Origin: Bryobacteraceae bacterium
GTDB lineage: Bacteria; Acidobacteriota; Terriglobia; Bryobacterales; Bryobacteraceae
Reading direction: 5' to 3'
Length of the DNA stretch: 64,000 bases
NCBI GenBank assembly: GCA_035568415.1
Contig: DATMOC010000049.1
Coordinates: 28,246-92,245 of the forward strand
This document shows, one piece after another, positions 43,923-56,702 of this stretch. The notes below the pieces were generated by a model. It saw only the letters and a program-made list of their open reading frames with translations. It had not been told where the DNA came from and ran no database searches. Numbering within the stretch: the stretch's first letter is position 1; the number at the start of each line of letters is the position of its first letter. The position numbers were made by a program, and so were the translations under genes.

Positions 43923-44194
43923 CTTTTTTGTTTCTCAGCCATCTGCTCGGCGGACCGGTTCACAAACAACAGAATGACGGTGGTCGCCAGGCACTTGAGA
44001 AACGATGGCGTGGCGGGAAGGAACAGGGACGCAACCGTCAGAACGCAGGAGATGATGAAAAGAATCTGGACGGCTTTCGCAAACCGGACCATCATGCTCG
44101 GTTTCTCGGATCTCGGCTTCCGGGGCGAGCCGCAAGAGATACATGCCACTTCGTCGGACCTGAGCGAACAGTTGCAGTCAAGGCAGCGTTCCAT
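43919..44194 (-). CDS. Hypothetical zinc-ribbon + two-TM small protein
   Basis: 91 aa with MERCLDCNCSL..ACISCG (a 2x CxxC-like motif), followed by two hydrophobic helices. The 3' end overlaps the fdhD stop by 4 nt. Confidence 0.45.
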   Translation of the reverse strand: MERCLDCNCSLRSDEVACISCGSPRKPRSEKPSMMVRFAKAVQILFIISCVLTVASLFLPATPSFLKCLATTVILLFVNRSAEQMAEKQKS

Positions 44195-44398
44195 AGTATG
44201 AGTCGATTTAAGTCTAGACCCACATTTGAGGCGTTGATATCGAGGATAAACCTCAGTACACCGGGTTAGAGGCTTTAGGTGTAATTAGTCGGCGAGCGAT
44301 TTCAAGTGGAAGCGTCCCATAACCGCACACTATCTAGTCGGTAAGCTACTCGAGAGAATAGACTTATTGTTGGTCGTGCGCATGCACCATCCACAGGC

Positions 44399-46762
<2,364 letters not shown>

Positions 46763-46795
46763 CTTTTTGTCTGCAAGAAGAGTAGCTTAGAACAT

Positions 46796-47674
46796 ATGAG
46801 GCTGCTCGCGGTATGCTTGTGTTTCCTGCCAGTGGGCGTCGCCGCGGACTCGGATGCATCGGCTTTTCTCGCCAAAGCGCGAAGCGCTTTCATTGAAAAC
46901 CGGGCACACGAGCGCCACTGGACCTGGACCACCACAACTACGCGATCCATCATCGACAAGCACGACAACGTGCTGGAGCAGATTCCATCGGTCACCGTCG
47001 AATCGCCGATTCGAAGCGACGGGAAGCGCTGCAATGCCGTGCTCGCCTGGGGCGATGGCCGTGAGCCGTATCTGGCCAATGCCGATGCCGATGCGCGCTG
47101 CACGGTGGAGCAGGAGGCGCAGGATTCGTTTCGGCTGGACGCGCTGCTGCGGAGCGCCCACGTGAAAATCCGCTCGCGGTCACCCCAGGCAATCACGCTG
47201 GCGATCGATGCGGATAAAGGGACCAAGGATTCGACGGATCCGGTTCAACGCTGCACCGGCTCGGCGCAGGCGATCGTACAGATCGATCCGGCTACGTTCT
47301 ATCCAAAGCATATAGAGGTCACTTTCGTTGAATCGGGCTGCGAACAGCAAGTGACGGTAGTAAATCACTATGACGATCGCCCCATTTCGAAAGCGCTCAG
47401 CGCTTTCCGCAAGGGTTCTGTTCTGCAGCTGGACTACGCCCTGCAAAGGGCCAAGGCGGGTAACGCGGAAAACGACTTTTGGATCTGTGAACATCGCCAC
47501 GCGGTAAACCAGCTGCGTGGAAATTCCCGAGGGCTCATTCTGTGGGGGCGGCAATTTGAGCTGACCAGCTCCGGCGGCGACCGGCGCGTGGTGGTGGATG
47601 GAACCACGGTCGCGAACGAGCTGGCCACCGAATCGACGCTGAAGTTCGAGACCGAGACGAAGAAAGACAAATAG
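46796..47674 (+). CDS. Hypothetical secreted protein
   Basis: 292 aa with signal-like MRLLAVCLCFLPVGVAA. Non-repetitive. No family recognised. Confidence 0.55.
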   Translation: MRLLAVCLCFLPVGVAADSDASAFLAKARSAFIENRAHERHWTWTTTTTRSIIDKHDNVLEQIPSVTVESPIRSDGKRCNAVLAWGDGREPYLANADADARCTVEQEAQDSFRLDALLRSAHVKIRSRSPQAITLAIDADKGTKDSTDPVQRCTGSAQAIVQIDPATFYPKHIEVTFVESGCEQQVTVVNHYDDRPISKALSAFRKGSVLQLDYALQRAKAGNAENDFWICEHRHAVNQLRGNSRGLILWGRQFELTSSGGDRRVVVDGTTVANELATESTLKFETETKKDK

Positions 47675-47749
47675 CGCCGCACGCCTAGATCGCGCCCAAC
47701 CAGGTGCGGGCTATACTGAAAGTCTCCCCCGGCGATCAGGATTACGCCT

Positions 47750-50700
47750 ATGCCCGCGCCGTTCGTTCATCTGCATTGCCATACCGACTACTCCCTTCTC
47801 GACGGGGCCTGCGAAATCTCGCAGTTGATGGACCTTGTCGCGGCACAGAAGATGCCGGCAATCGCGATGACCGATCACGGCAATCTGTTCGGCGCGGTGG
47901 AGTTTTATAACCAGGCCAAAGCCAAGGGCGTGCATCCCGTAATAGGATGTGAAGTATATGTGGCCCAGCAGGGTCACAAGGTCAACTCGGAGAGTAATCG
48001 CTACAACCACCTGGTGCTGTTGTGCGAAAACCAGGAGGGCTATCGCAATCTGATTCAGTTGGTGTCGACGGGCTATCTGGACGGATTCTATTACAAGCCG
48101 CGCATCGACAAAGACCTGCTTTCGCGGCACTCCAAGGGCCTGATCGCGCTTTCGGCGTGCCTGCGCGGCGATATCAATGAGACGCTGCTGGCGGACAAGT
48201 ACGACGATGCAAAACGGATCGCGTACGAGTACACGGATCTGTTCGGTCCCAAGAACTTCTTCCTGGAAATGCAGGATCACGGCCTGGAGCCTGACAAGCG
48301 CGTCATGCCGCTGGTGAATCGGTTGGCGGCGGACACGGGCATTCCGCTGGTGGTCACCAACGATTCGCACTACTTGCGTTTCGATGACGCGCGGGCGCAC
48401 GAGATCATGCTGTGCATCCAGACCGGCAAGACCATTTCCGATCCAAACCGGATGCGCTTCGAGCAGGAAGCCTTCTACATCAAGACCCGCGACGAGATGA
48501 TGACGCTGTTCGGCGAAGTGGAACACGCCCTCGACCGGACCTGGGACATCGCGCAACGGTGCCAGATAAAGCTCGACCCAGTGGAGGAGCCGTTTCCGAA
48601 ATTCGCTGTTCCACTAGGCCACTCCATCGATACTTATTTCGAATACATCGCGCGCCAGGGATTCGAGAAGCGGCGCGGCCGATTGGAAGCATTTAGAGCC
48701 CAAGGCCGCCTGAAGCATGACATGGCCGAATACGGCGAACGGCTGGATCGCGAAATTAAGATGATCCAGCAGATGAAGTTCTCAGGCTACTTCCTGATTG
48801 TCTGGGACTTCATACAATTCGCGAAGCAGAAAAGCATTCCCGTGGGCCCGGGACGCGGCTCGGCGACAGGAAGTCTGGTGAGTTGGGCGATGGAGATCAC
48901 CGACATCGATCCGCTCGAGTACAGCTTGATCTTCGAGCGCTTTTTGAATCCCGAGCGTGTCAGTATGCCCGATATCGATATCGACTTCTGCACACGCGGG
49001 CGGGGGAGCGTGATTCAGTATGTCACTGAAAAGTACGGACGCGAGCAAGTCGCCCAGATCATCACGTTCGGAACGTTGGGAGCGCGCGCTGCGATCAAGG
49101 ATGTGGGCCGCGCGCTGGATATCAGCTTCGCGGATGTCGACAAGATCACCAAGCTGATCCCCACGCAGCCTCTGAATATCAAACTCAAAGACGCGCGAAA
49201 AATGGAACCCCAGCTCGACGAGCTGGCTCGCAAGGAACCGCGTGTGAAGGAAGTTCTAGAGGTCGCCGAGCGGCTGGAGGGCATGGCTCGCAACGCATCG
49301 GTCCACGCGGCGGGCGTGGTGATTTCGCCGTTGCCACTCAAAGAACTGGTCCCGCTGTACAAGACCAACAAAGACGAAATTGTCACCCAGTACGACATGG
49401 TCGGGTTGGAAAAGCTGGGGCTGCTCAAGATGGATTTCTTGGGCCTTACCACGCTGACCATCATCGAGGACGCGCTCAAACTGATCGAGCGGCATCGCGG
49501 CGTGAAGCTGCACGTGGAGGATCTTCCGCTCGACGACAAAAAGACCTACGAGGCGGTCTTTCAAAAGGGCTACACCAGCGGAATCTTCCAGTTTGAATCT
49601 CCGGGAATGCGTGATATTTTGCGGCGCTACCAGCCAGACCGGCTCGACGATCTTATTGCATTGAACGCGCTGTACCGTCCCGGCCCGATGGACATGATCG
49701 ACGACTTCATCGATCGTAAGCACGGCCGGCGCGAAATCACCTACGATTTTCCGGAACTGAAGGACATTCTGGAAGAATCCTTCGGCGTGATCGTGTATCA
49801 GGAGCAGGTGATGCAGATCTCCAATCGCCTCGCCGGATACTCGCTAGGTGAAGCCGACTTGCTCCGTCGCGCGATGGGTAAGAAAAAAATGGAGGAAATG
49901 GCCAAGCAGCGCGCCCGTTTCCTCGAAGGTGCGAAGGCCAAGGGTCATTCCTCACGCAAGGTCGAAAAGATTTTCGATCAGATGGCGAAGTTCGCCGGCT
50001 ACGGATTCAACAAATCGCATTCGGCCGCATACGCCTATCTGGCGTTCATCACGGGATACTTAAAGACGCACTATCCGCTGGACTTCATGTCGGCACTGCT
50101 CACGTCGCAAACCGGAAACACGGGGCAAGTCGTCAAATACATCAACGAGTGCCGCGAGATGGGAATCAAGATTCTCGCTCCAGACGTCAATTCATCGGAT
50201 TTCGACTTCACTCCCGCACCCGACGGCATTCGCTTCGGCCTGGGAGCGATCAAGAACGTTGGCGGGAATGCGGTGGAATCGATCGCCAAGGCGCGGACTG
50301 AAGGTGGAAACTTCGGATCGCTGTACGACTTCTGCGAGCGCGTCGATCTGGGCGCGGTCAATCGACGCATGATCGAAAGCTTCATCAAGGCCGGCGCGAT
50401 GGATTCGCTGGAGGGCACGCGCGCCCAGCTCACCGCGATTATCGACAAGACCATGGAAACCGGCGCCCGCGCATGGAAGGATCGCGAAAGCGGCCAGTCC
50501 GGATTGTTCACGTCGATGATGGAAGAGCAACCCGCTGCCGATCACCCGCTGCCCAAAGTCCAGGATTGGACCGGCCAGGAAAAGCTGACAGGTGAAAAAG
50601 AGATGCTCGGATTCTACATCACCGGGCATCCGCTGGACGCGCACATGGACAAGGTGAAGGAACTCGCCACGCACACCACCGGCAAGCTGGAAGGGCTCGC

Positions 50701-51211
50701 GAAGAATACCGAGGTCGCGCTGTGCGGAATCCTCACCGGGGTCCAGCGGCGGCGCAGCAAAGAAGGCAAGCTGTGGGCGTCGATGCAGATCGAGGACCTG
50801 GAAGGATCCATCGAAGGGATGGTCTTCTCGACGCAATATGAGCGGCTGATTTCGTTGTTCGACGAAGACAAAGCCGTATTGGTTCGCGGACTGGTGCTGC
50901 CGGAAGAAAACGCGCCGCCGAAGATTTCGATTCAAGATATCGTTCCACTCGAAGTGGCGCGCGTAAGCCTGCCTTCATTGATTTCCATTCGCGTTCCCGT
51001 GAATGGATCTGGCGGCTCGGATCGGGCCGTCGCGCTACAGCAATTGTTCCAGCAGAAGCCTGGCGAGACCGAGGTCCGGCTGCGCCTCGAAAAGTCGAGG
51101 GACTTCTCGGTTATCCTGGACATTACAGCGAAGGTTCGTCCGGATAAGGAATTTTGCGCTGAAGTGGCCCGAATCTGCGGGACTGAGGCGATGGAAGTTC
51201 TGGCGGGCTGA
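47750..51211 (+). CDS. dnaE: DNA polymerase III subunit alpha
   Basis: PHP domain FVHLHCHTDYSLLDGA..., ..GPGRGSATGSLVSWAMEITDIDPL...FERFLNPERVSMPDIDIDF.., HhH and OB regions. 1153 aa. Confidence 0.97.
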   Translation: MPAPFVHLHCHTDYSLLDGACEISQLMDLVAAQKMPAIAMTDHGNLFGAVEFYNQAKAKGVHPVIGCEVYVAQQGHKVNSESNRYNHLVLLCENQEGYRNLIQLVSTGYLDGFYYKPRIDKDLLSRHSKGLIALSACLRGDINETLLADKYDDAKRIAYEYTDLFGPKNFFLEMQDHGLEPDKRVMPLVNRLAADTGIPLVVTNDSHYLRFDDARAHEIMLCIQTGKTISDPNRMRFEQEAFYIKTRDEMMTLFGEVEHALDRTWDIAQRCQIKLDPVEEPFPKFAVPLGHSIDTYFEYIARQGFEKRRGRLEAFRAQGRLKHDMAEYGERLDREIKMIQQMKFSGYFLIVWDFIQFAKQKSIPVGPGRGSATGSLVSWAMEITDIDPLEYSLIFERFLNPERVSMPDIDIDFCTRGRGSVIQYVTEKYGREQVAQIITFGTLGARAAIKDVGRALDISFADVDKITKLIPTQPLNIKLKDARKMEPQLDELARKEPRVKEVLEVAERLEGMARNASVHAAGVVISPLPLKELVPLYKTNKDEIVTQYDMVGLEKLGLLKMDFLGLTTLTIIEDALKLIERHRGVKLHVEDLPLDDKKTYEAVFQKGYTSGIFQFESPGMRDILRRYQPDRLDDLIALNALYRPGPMDMIDDFIDRKHGRREITYDFPELKDILEESFGVIVYQEQVMQISNRLAGYSLGEADLLRRAMGKKKMEEMAKQRARFLEGAKAKGHSSRKVEKIFDQMAKFAGYGFNKSHSAAYAYLAFITGYLKTHYPLDFMSALLTSQTGNTGQVVKYINECREMGIKILAPDVNSSDFDFTPAPDGIRFGLGAIKNVGGNAVESIAKARTEGGNFGSLYDFCERVDLGAVNRRMIESFIKAGAMDSLEGTRAQLTAIIDKTMETGARAWKDRESGQSGLFTSMMEEQPAADHPLPKVQDWTGQEKLTGEKEMLGFYITGHPLDAHMDKVKELATHTTGKLEGLAKNTEVALCGILTGVQRRRSKEGKLWASMQIEDLEGSIEGMVFSTQYERLISLFDEDKAVLVRGLVLPEENAPPKISIQDIVPLEVARVSLPSLISIRVPVNGSGGSDRAVALQQLFQQKPGETEVRLRLEKSRDFSVILDITAKVRPDKEFCAEVARICGTEAMEVLAG

Positions 51212-51225
51212 CCGAAGCTGCACAC

Positions 51226-52071
51226 ATGGCCGATACTCCAGCGCCACAACCTTCGAATCCAAGTTGGGAACGCGTCCAGCTTGCGCGGCACCCCAAGCGT
51301 CCGCACTCGCTCGATTACATCCAGCGGCTTTTTTTGAACTTTCATGAATTGCACGGCGACCGCGCGTTCGGCGAGGATCACGCCATCGTTGCGGGGATGG
51401 GCTGGTTTGATGGCCGGCCTCTGATGATCATCGCGCAGGAAAAAGGCCGCGACACGAAACAGAAAGTCTTCCGCAACTTCGGCTGCCCGCGTCCGGAAGG
51501 CTATCGCAAGGCGCTGCGGCTGATGGAAATCGCCGCGAAATTCAATCGTCCGATCATCACGTTTCTGGACACGCAAGGCGCGTGGCCCGGCAAGGATGCG
51601 GAGGAACGCGGTCAAGGTGAAGCGATCGCCCATAATCTTCGCGAGATGTCCCGGCTCGGCGTGCCGGTCATTGTGGTCGTGATTGGCGAAGGCGGCAGCG
51701 GAGGTGCACTGGCATTGGGCGTCGGCAACCGCGTGTACATGCTGGAAAACGCGGTCTACAGCGTGATCTCGCCCGAAAGCTGCGCGGCGATTATCTATCG
51801 CGATTCGGGAAAAGCTCCGCAGGCCGCCGCCGCACTGAAGATGACCGCGCCGGATTTGCTGGAGCTTGGCCTGATCGACGGCATTATTCCCGAGCCGGGT
51901 GAAGGTGCACATACGAATCCCGACAACGCGGCCGAAGCGCTGGGAGGAACCTTGCGGCACGTTCTGAATGAGCTGTCCGGCATGCCGTCACAGCAGCTGA
52001 TCGACGAGCGCTACGAAAAATTCCGGCGCATGGGCGCGTTCTTCACGGAACCGACGGCCACACACGGATGA
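51226..52071 (+). CDS. accA: Acetyl-CoA carboxylase carboxyltransferase subunit alpha
   Basis: ..LARHPKRPHSLDY...GFGCPRPEGYRKALRLMEIAAKF..PIITFLDTQGAWPG..AEERGQGEAIA...IGEGGSGGALA.. It is somewhat shorter at the N-terminus than E. coli AccA. Confidence 0.93.
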   Translation: MADTPAPQPSNPSWERVQLARHPKRPHSLDYIQRLFLNFHELHGDRAFGEDHAIVAGMGWFDGRPLMIIAQEKGRDTKQKVFRNFGCPRPEGYRKALRLMEIAAKFNRPIITFLDTQGAWPGKDAEERGQGEAIAHNLREMSRLGVPVIVVVIGEGGSGGALALGVGNRVYMLENAVYSVISPESCAAIIYRDSGKAPQAAAALKMTAPDLLELGLIDGIIPEPGEGAHTNPDNAAEALGGTLRHVLNELSGMPSQQLIDERYEKFRRMGAFFTEPTATHG

Positions 52072-52331
52072 AGAAACCGGTCCTCATCGGAGTTTTGTTA
52101 TTCGCAGCGCTGATCGCGTTGATCGCGTATTCAACCATAGGTACGGCGGCGAATCGAGTTGAAGTGTGCATGCAGTATGACGGCCGCACGTCCTGCCGAA
52201 CGGCTGCGGGATCGACCAAGGAATTCGCGCTGCGCACGGCCACGTCGAACGCCTGCGCCGAAATCTCCAGCGGTGTGACGGATACCATCAGGTGCGAACA
52301 CGCAGATCCGGTTCGCGTCACCTGGAAGTAA
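52068..52331 (+). CDS. Hypothetical membrane-anchored small protein
   Basis: 87 aa. ATG overlaps the accA stop (ATGA). N-terminal TM KKPVLIGVLLFAALIALIAY, and 4 Cys in the soluble part. Confidence 0.5.
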   Translation: MKKPVLIGVLLFAALIALIAYSTIGTAANRVEVCMQYDGRTSCRTAAGSTKEFALRTATSNACAEISSGVTDTIRCEHADPVRVTWK

Positions 52332-53282
52332 CTATTTGATCGCGAGGATCCCGTCCAGCACAGTACCCGTGACGCGGCCATCTACCGTGGTGAAGCCTGC
52401 CGCGGAGAGTAGTGCCGCATACTCGCTGAGCGTTCGTTCACGACCTTCCGTGCACACCAGCATGTTCAGCGACTGCATATGAGCAGACACCGGTCCGCGC
52501 CGATCTTCGTGGAGTAGCCGCTCGGCGATAAGCAGTCCGCCACCTGGAGGCAGCGCCGCGTATATTCGGGCCAGCAGATGAGTAATCTTCTCCTGGCTCC
52601 AGTCGTGAAGAATGCGGCCCACAGCAAACAGGTCAGCGGATGGAAGCTCGTCAATGAAGAAATCGCCGGCAATCAGTTCCAATTGAGTGCCGACGCGCTG
52701 ACGTGCGAATTCGATCACTTCCGGGAGATCGAACAGAGTTACCTGCAAATGCGGATAGCGATCCTTTGCAGCGAGAGCCAGGTGGCCGGTCGCGCCCCCC
52801 AGATCCACCAGCCGGTGGAAGCGCGAGAGATCGAACGCCGCGACCACTTTCGGAGAGCTGAGCATTCCGAACCCATGCATGCCCGTCAGGAAATGGCGCT
52901 TGCCTTCCTCGGTCTTGAAGAAATGCGAAAAGAGTCCGCCTTCCAGATCGAACGCCTGTTTCCAGCGGTGCGTGCCTTCGAGCACCGCGTCCTCCAGATG
53001 CGCCCACATCGGGTACAGTGCTGCGTTCGAATAGAGAATATAGCCGGATAGCGTGTGCGGGCTGGAGCGGCGGAGATACTCATCGGCGATCGGCGTATTC
53101 ACGAATTCCTCACCCTTTTTTTCGAGCAGTCCCAGAGCCACGCACGCTTCGAGCAGACGGTCCACTGCTGCGCCCTCGGGGCGCTCGCCATCGAAGATTC
53201 CGAGTGCGACGGCGGCGAACATGGTCTTCGAACGCCGGAAGGCTTCGATCAGGTCGAGTATGGGAGCAGGGTCGGAGGTCAT
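52332..53282 (-). CDS. Class I SAM-dependent O-methyltransferase (Methyltransf_2 type with dimerisation domain)
   Basis: Start chosen at MTSDPAP (the ATG at 53282 overlaps the thiL stop). Contains ..LVDLGGATGHLA.., ..TLFDLPEVI.., ..IAGDFF.., ..AVGRILHDW.., ..GGGLLIAE.. Confidence 0.8.
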   Translation of the reverse strand: MTSDPAPILDLIEAFRRSKTMFAAVALGIFDGERPEGAAVDRLLEACVALGLLEKKGEEFVNTPIADEYLRRSSPHTLSGYILYSNAALYPMWAHLEDAVLEGTHRWKQAFDLEGGLFSHFFKTEEGKRHFLTGMHGFGMLSSPKVVAAFDLSRFHRLVDLGGATGHLALAAKDRYPHLQVTLFDLPEVIEFARQRVGTQLELIAGDFFIDELPSADLFAVGRILHDWSQEKITHLLARIYAALPPGGGLLIAERLLHEDRRGPVSAHMQSLNMLVCTEGRERTLSEYAALLSAAGFTTVDGRVTGTVLDGILAIK

Positions 53283-54106
53283 CGGAAATGGTCGTACCCC
53301 AGAGGTCGAAGCGTACGACCTTCGAATCGTATCGCGCCGGGCGTGCCGGCCACAATCGTTCCGATCGGCAATGTGCCGCGCGGTGCAGTCTTCCCGCGCG
53401 GAAGCGTGAAGAGCAGCTCGTAGTCTTCGCCGCCGTTGAGGGCGCGTTCTATGGTGGCGCCACGGGTCAGGGGAATTCGATCGAGGTCCGCCGCCACGTG
53501 CGATGCCAGGCACACGCGATGCAAATCGAGCGAAAGACCGTCGCTGAGATCGATGCAGGACGTCGCGCGGCCGACTAGCTTCTGGCCCAAAGCCAGCCGC
53601 GGCTCAATGCGGCGCGTCCAGGACTTTCCAAGCGCGCCCGAAACGTAGACGCGATCACCTGGACGCGCGCCATCGCGGCGCAAAGCTTTGCCACGCTGGA
53701 CCGAGCCGCACACTATGACGTCGCAATGGATGTTTTTGGAATGAGCAAGGTCGCCGCCGGCGAGCAGTGTTTTCGTCCGCTTTGCCAACCCGATCAATCC
53801 ACGATAGAAGGCGTCGATCCATTTTTCATAATTCGCCGGAACCGCCAGCGTCACCAGGCAGAAGCGCGGGATGCCTCCCATGGCGGCGATATCGCTGAGG
53901 CTGCGGGCCAGCGATCGCTCTCCGACTGCGCGTGGCGCGTGTGAGCTCAGGAAGTGCACATCTTCGATGGTCTGATCGGTCGTGAATAGAAGATCCTCGT
54001 TGGCGCGGGGCCGGTAGATGGCGCAATCATCGCCGATTCCGAGTACCAGCCCGCGCTGGCCGCGCGTCATGCGCCGAATGCGATCGATGAGTGCGAGCTC
54101 ATTCAT
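53279..54106 (-). CDS. thiL: Thiamine-monophosphate kinase
   Basis: Start chosen at MNELALIDRI. Contains ..LGIGDDCAIY..., ..FTTDQTIEDVHF.., ..AMGGIP.., ..LAGGDL.. The start overlaps the upstream gene by 8 nt. Confidence 0.85.
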   Translation of the reverse strand: MNELALIDRIRRMTRGQRGLVLGIGDDCAIYRPRANEDLLFTTDQTIEDVHFLSSHAPRAVGERSLARSLSDIAAMGGIPRFCLVTLAVPANYEKWIDAFYRGLIGLAKRTKTLLAGGDLAHSKNIHCDVIVCGSVQRGKALRRDGARPGDRVYVSGALGKSWTRRIEPRLALGQKLVGRATSCIDLSDGLSLDLHRVCLASHVAADLDRIPLTRGATIERALNGGEDYELLFTLPRGKTAPRGTLPIGTIVAGTPGAIRFEGRTLRPLGYDHFR

Positions 54107-56702
54107 TGAATACCAAGCCCGCCGGCAATTCTTCGCCGAAAACTTTGCCCATCGCGGCGAGCTGATCCTGCGAATCGGCTTCCAGGTCGATCTCGGGGAA
54201 TGAGCGGCGCACCACGTCGAGAGCGGGACCTGATAAATCGCGCGTCCCATCGCCCGTGCGGCGCGCCATTGCCGCCACGGCGTCTTCCGCTTTGGTCACT
54301 TTAGCGATCGCTTCGATCCACCGCGTCGCCGTCGCGGGCGGAAGCACCTGATTGATCGGGCCGTAGAACAGCTTTCTCGCGCCCAATCGCGCCAGGCACC
54401 ACAGCCCGGTATCTACGAAGTCACCCTGCTTGATCCGCGCGATGAGCTCGTCTCCCAATTGAGTCTTGGTCTGGATCGGCAGCAGCTCCAGGCTCGCGGC
54501 GGCGCGCCACATTTCGCGAAGCAGGCTTGGATTGACGCGCGGCTGCCTCTTGGAAGCTCGCGGAAGCAGTGTAGGCGAGAGGCGCTGGAAAATGTCGGTC
54601 TGCTGGTTGCGATTCAATCCAGCGGCGACGCGGCCCCAGAAAATCCACCACTCGATTTCGTTCTGCACCTGATTCGCGAACTGCAAACCACCGGCGTAGA
54701 CGCGGCGGGCCTGCTCGATGCGATAGTCGTCGCCAGGGAAGCCGAATCCGGGGCGCAGACAAAATCCATACAGATTCAGCCAGCGCAGCTCGTGCGCAGC
54801 GCTGCGTTTGCGGCCGTCCGCGATTTCCAGCATCTGATCGGCAAGCTTGCGGATAGCCGCCAGCGGCCAGGAATTGCGGCCCAATCCGAGCGTTTGTTCC
54901 AGCTTCGCAGGAAGTTGCTGCGGCTCAAGTGTCGCATCGTGGAACGTTGCCGGAATCAGCGTTTCTGCAGCGTCCAGTGCTTCTTCACTGACCACCGCGG
55001 CGGGGCGCGATGCAGCCGTCTGCGCCGTTTTGCGCAATTCAAACTGCAAACGCCAGCGATGTTCAGTCTCCTTGGAATCAGCCCAGATTTCAAGCGTCCC
55101 GACTTCCGTGAGCCGCGCGCCCAGCTTCACCGGAACTAAACGCTCCCCGGCCTTGCCGAATCGAAGAACAGCGTTCAATGGCGCGTGGAGATGCAAGTCG
55201 CCGTCTTCTTTCGAAAATTCAACGACGTCTCCGGCCTTGTCTTCAGTCCGCGTGCGCGAGCTGTACAGTCGAAACGCCACGGCTTTATTGGCGACCAGCT
55301 GCAAATTCCCGGGGTCGACTTCGAGCGTCGAGCCTTCTTCAGCGCCGCGCGGAACCAGACACAGCGTTCGTAGAGCGTCACCACTACCGGCAAGACCGAT
55401 GAAGTACGATCGCGGCAATCCGCCGCGCACCAGCAGCCCCGCGCCGGTTTTACGGACGTAAGAGTAATAGGCCGCGCCCACCGCGACCGCCAGATCCAGA
55501 TCGCGATTTTCTAAAATCACGGGACGCTTGCCGTACCAATGCTCCATCACATCGGCGACGCGCTGGCGCAGAATCTCGGGGATGAAGAAACCTCCGTTGA
55601 ACAGGATCGCGTCCGGTTTCACGTCGCCAGCAGTCGCTAAGAATGCGGCGAGATGACGGGTCACCGCGGGATCGGCCACGTACGGCAGACCCAGTTCGCG
55701 AAACAGGCTCTTTTCTTCTTCTTTGGGCTTGTCGGCCACTTCGCACACCGGCAGGAATCCATCCAGCGCGAGTTCCAGCACCTCCTCACGAAGAATTTCC
55801 GTGCGCAGCGTGCCGCCAACCAGCGCGGATCCTGCCCCGAGCACCGTCACCTCGACACTCTTTAGATTCGGATCAGAAAGCAACTGCTCCTTTGCAGCCG
55901 CACACTGGCGGCGAAGTCCGCTACGTTGGCGGATCGATAACGATTTGCCCAGCTTGGCTTCCACCAGCCAGGTGAGGGTTAGATCGAGATTATCGCCGCC
56001 CAGCAGCAGGTGCCGTCCTACGGCAGTGCGCGTGAAATCGACGCGGTCGCCGTCGCGGGCCACGCGGATCAGAGTGAAGTCACTGGTGCCGCCGCCGACG
56101 TCGCAAACCAAGACAATCTGTCCATCGAAAAGACTCTTTTGCGATCGCGCCAGATCGTTGGCGATCCATGAATAGAACGCAGCAGCCGGCTCTTCGAGCA
56201 GCGTGAGATTCTCGATTCCCGCTTCGCGCGCCGCGAGCACCGTCAGCTCGCAGGCTTCCTCATCGAAACTCGCGGGAACCGTCAGGACTACGTTGTGTTC
56301 GCCCACGGTCGACCCGTGCTGTTTCGCGAACGCCTCGCTCAGATGCTTCACGATGCGCGAAGAAACTTCGACCGGCGAAAGAACGCGGCCCGCATCCTGC
56401 GCATCCCAAGGAAGAATCTTCGCCGTCCGGTCCACCTCGGGATTCGAGAGCCAGCTCTTCGCCGAATGAATGCTTTTGGTGGGGACCAGCGCGCCCTGCT
56501 CGCGCGCGAAGACGCCGACGTATTCCTGATCGCCCAGATACAGGAACGACGGCAGCGTGCGGCGGGGCTCAATGCGGCCTTGCGCGACATACTGCGGCAC
56601 TTCTTGAACGTGGATCGGAGGATAATCGGCTTCGGCCGCTTCCTGCGGATCGATGTATGCCAGCGCTGAATTGGTGGTGCCGAGATCGATCCCTAGGTTC
56701 AC
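54099..56702 (-). CDS. Atypical Hsp70-family ATPase (867 aa) with non-canonical C-terminal half
   Basis: GTG start overlaps the upstream stop (GTGA). The actin-fold/Hsp70 motifs are present: LGIDLGTTNSALAY, VLTVPASFDEEA, LLEEPAAAFYSW, VCDVGGGTSDFTLIRV, LGGDNLD, ILFNGGFFIPEI. aa ~425-570 is beta-rich and aa ~575-867 is helical, with no resemblance to the DnaK lid/EEVD region. Confidence 0.8.
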   Translation of the reverse strand: MNLGIDLGTTNSALAYIDPQEAAEADYPPIHVQEVPQYVAQGRIEPRRTLPSFLYLGDQEYVGVFAREQGALVPTKSIHSAKSWLSNPEVDRTAKILPWDAQDAGRVLSPVEVSSRIVKHLSEAFAKQHGSTVGEHNVVLTVPASFDEEACELTVLAAREAGIENLTLLEEPAAAFYSWIANDLARSQKSLFDGQIVLVCDVGGGTSDFTLIRVARDGDRVDFTRTAVGRHLLLGGDNLDLTLTWLVEAKLGKSLSIRQRSGLRRQCAAAKEQLLSDPNLKSVEVTVLGAGSALVGGTLRTEILREEVLELALDGFLPVCEVADKPKEEEKSLFRELGLPYVADPAVTRHLAAFLATAGDVKPDAILFNGGFFIPEILRQRVADVMEHWYGKRPVILENRDLDLAVAVGAAYYSYVRKTGAGLLVRGGLPRSYFIGLAGSGDALRTLCLVPRGAEEGSTLEVDPGNLQLVANKAVAFRLYSSRTRTEDKAGDVVEFSKEDGDLHLHAPLNAVLRFGKAGERLVPVKLGARLTEVGTLEIWADSKETEHRWRLQFELRKTAQTAASRPAAVVSEEALDAAETLIPATFHDATLEPQQLPAKLEQTLGLGRNSWPLAAIRKLADQMLEIADGRKRSAAHELRWLNLYGFCLRPGFGFPGDDYRIEQARRVYAGGLQFANQVQNEIEWWIFWGRVAAGLNRNQQTDIFQRLSPTLLPRASKRQPRVNPSLLREMWRAAASLELLPIQTKTQLGDELIARIKQGDFVDTGLWCLARLGARKLFYGPINQVLPPATATRWIEAIAKVTKAEDAVAAMARRTGDGTRDLSGPALDVVRRSFPEIDLEADSQDQLAAMGKVFGEELPAGLVFNE

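Noticed and set aside
51226-52071. accA is shorter at the N-terminus than the E. coli enzyme; considered as a truncated pseudogene.
   Set aside because: The whole carboxyltransferase core and oxyanion motifs are intact. The gene has a clean ATG 15 nt after dnaE and is followed by a coupled ORF. A naturally short N-terminus is more likely.
54260-54270. GGCGCGCCATT inside the Hsp70-like gene matches the last bases of tRNA-Arg plus flank; I considered it as a possible attR for the integrase scar.
   Set aside because: The identity is only 11 nt of GC-rich sequence, inside a conserved coding region 43 kb away, which is compatible with chance. I did not scan systematically for longer matches.
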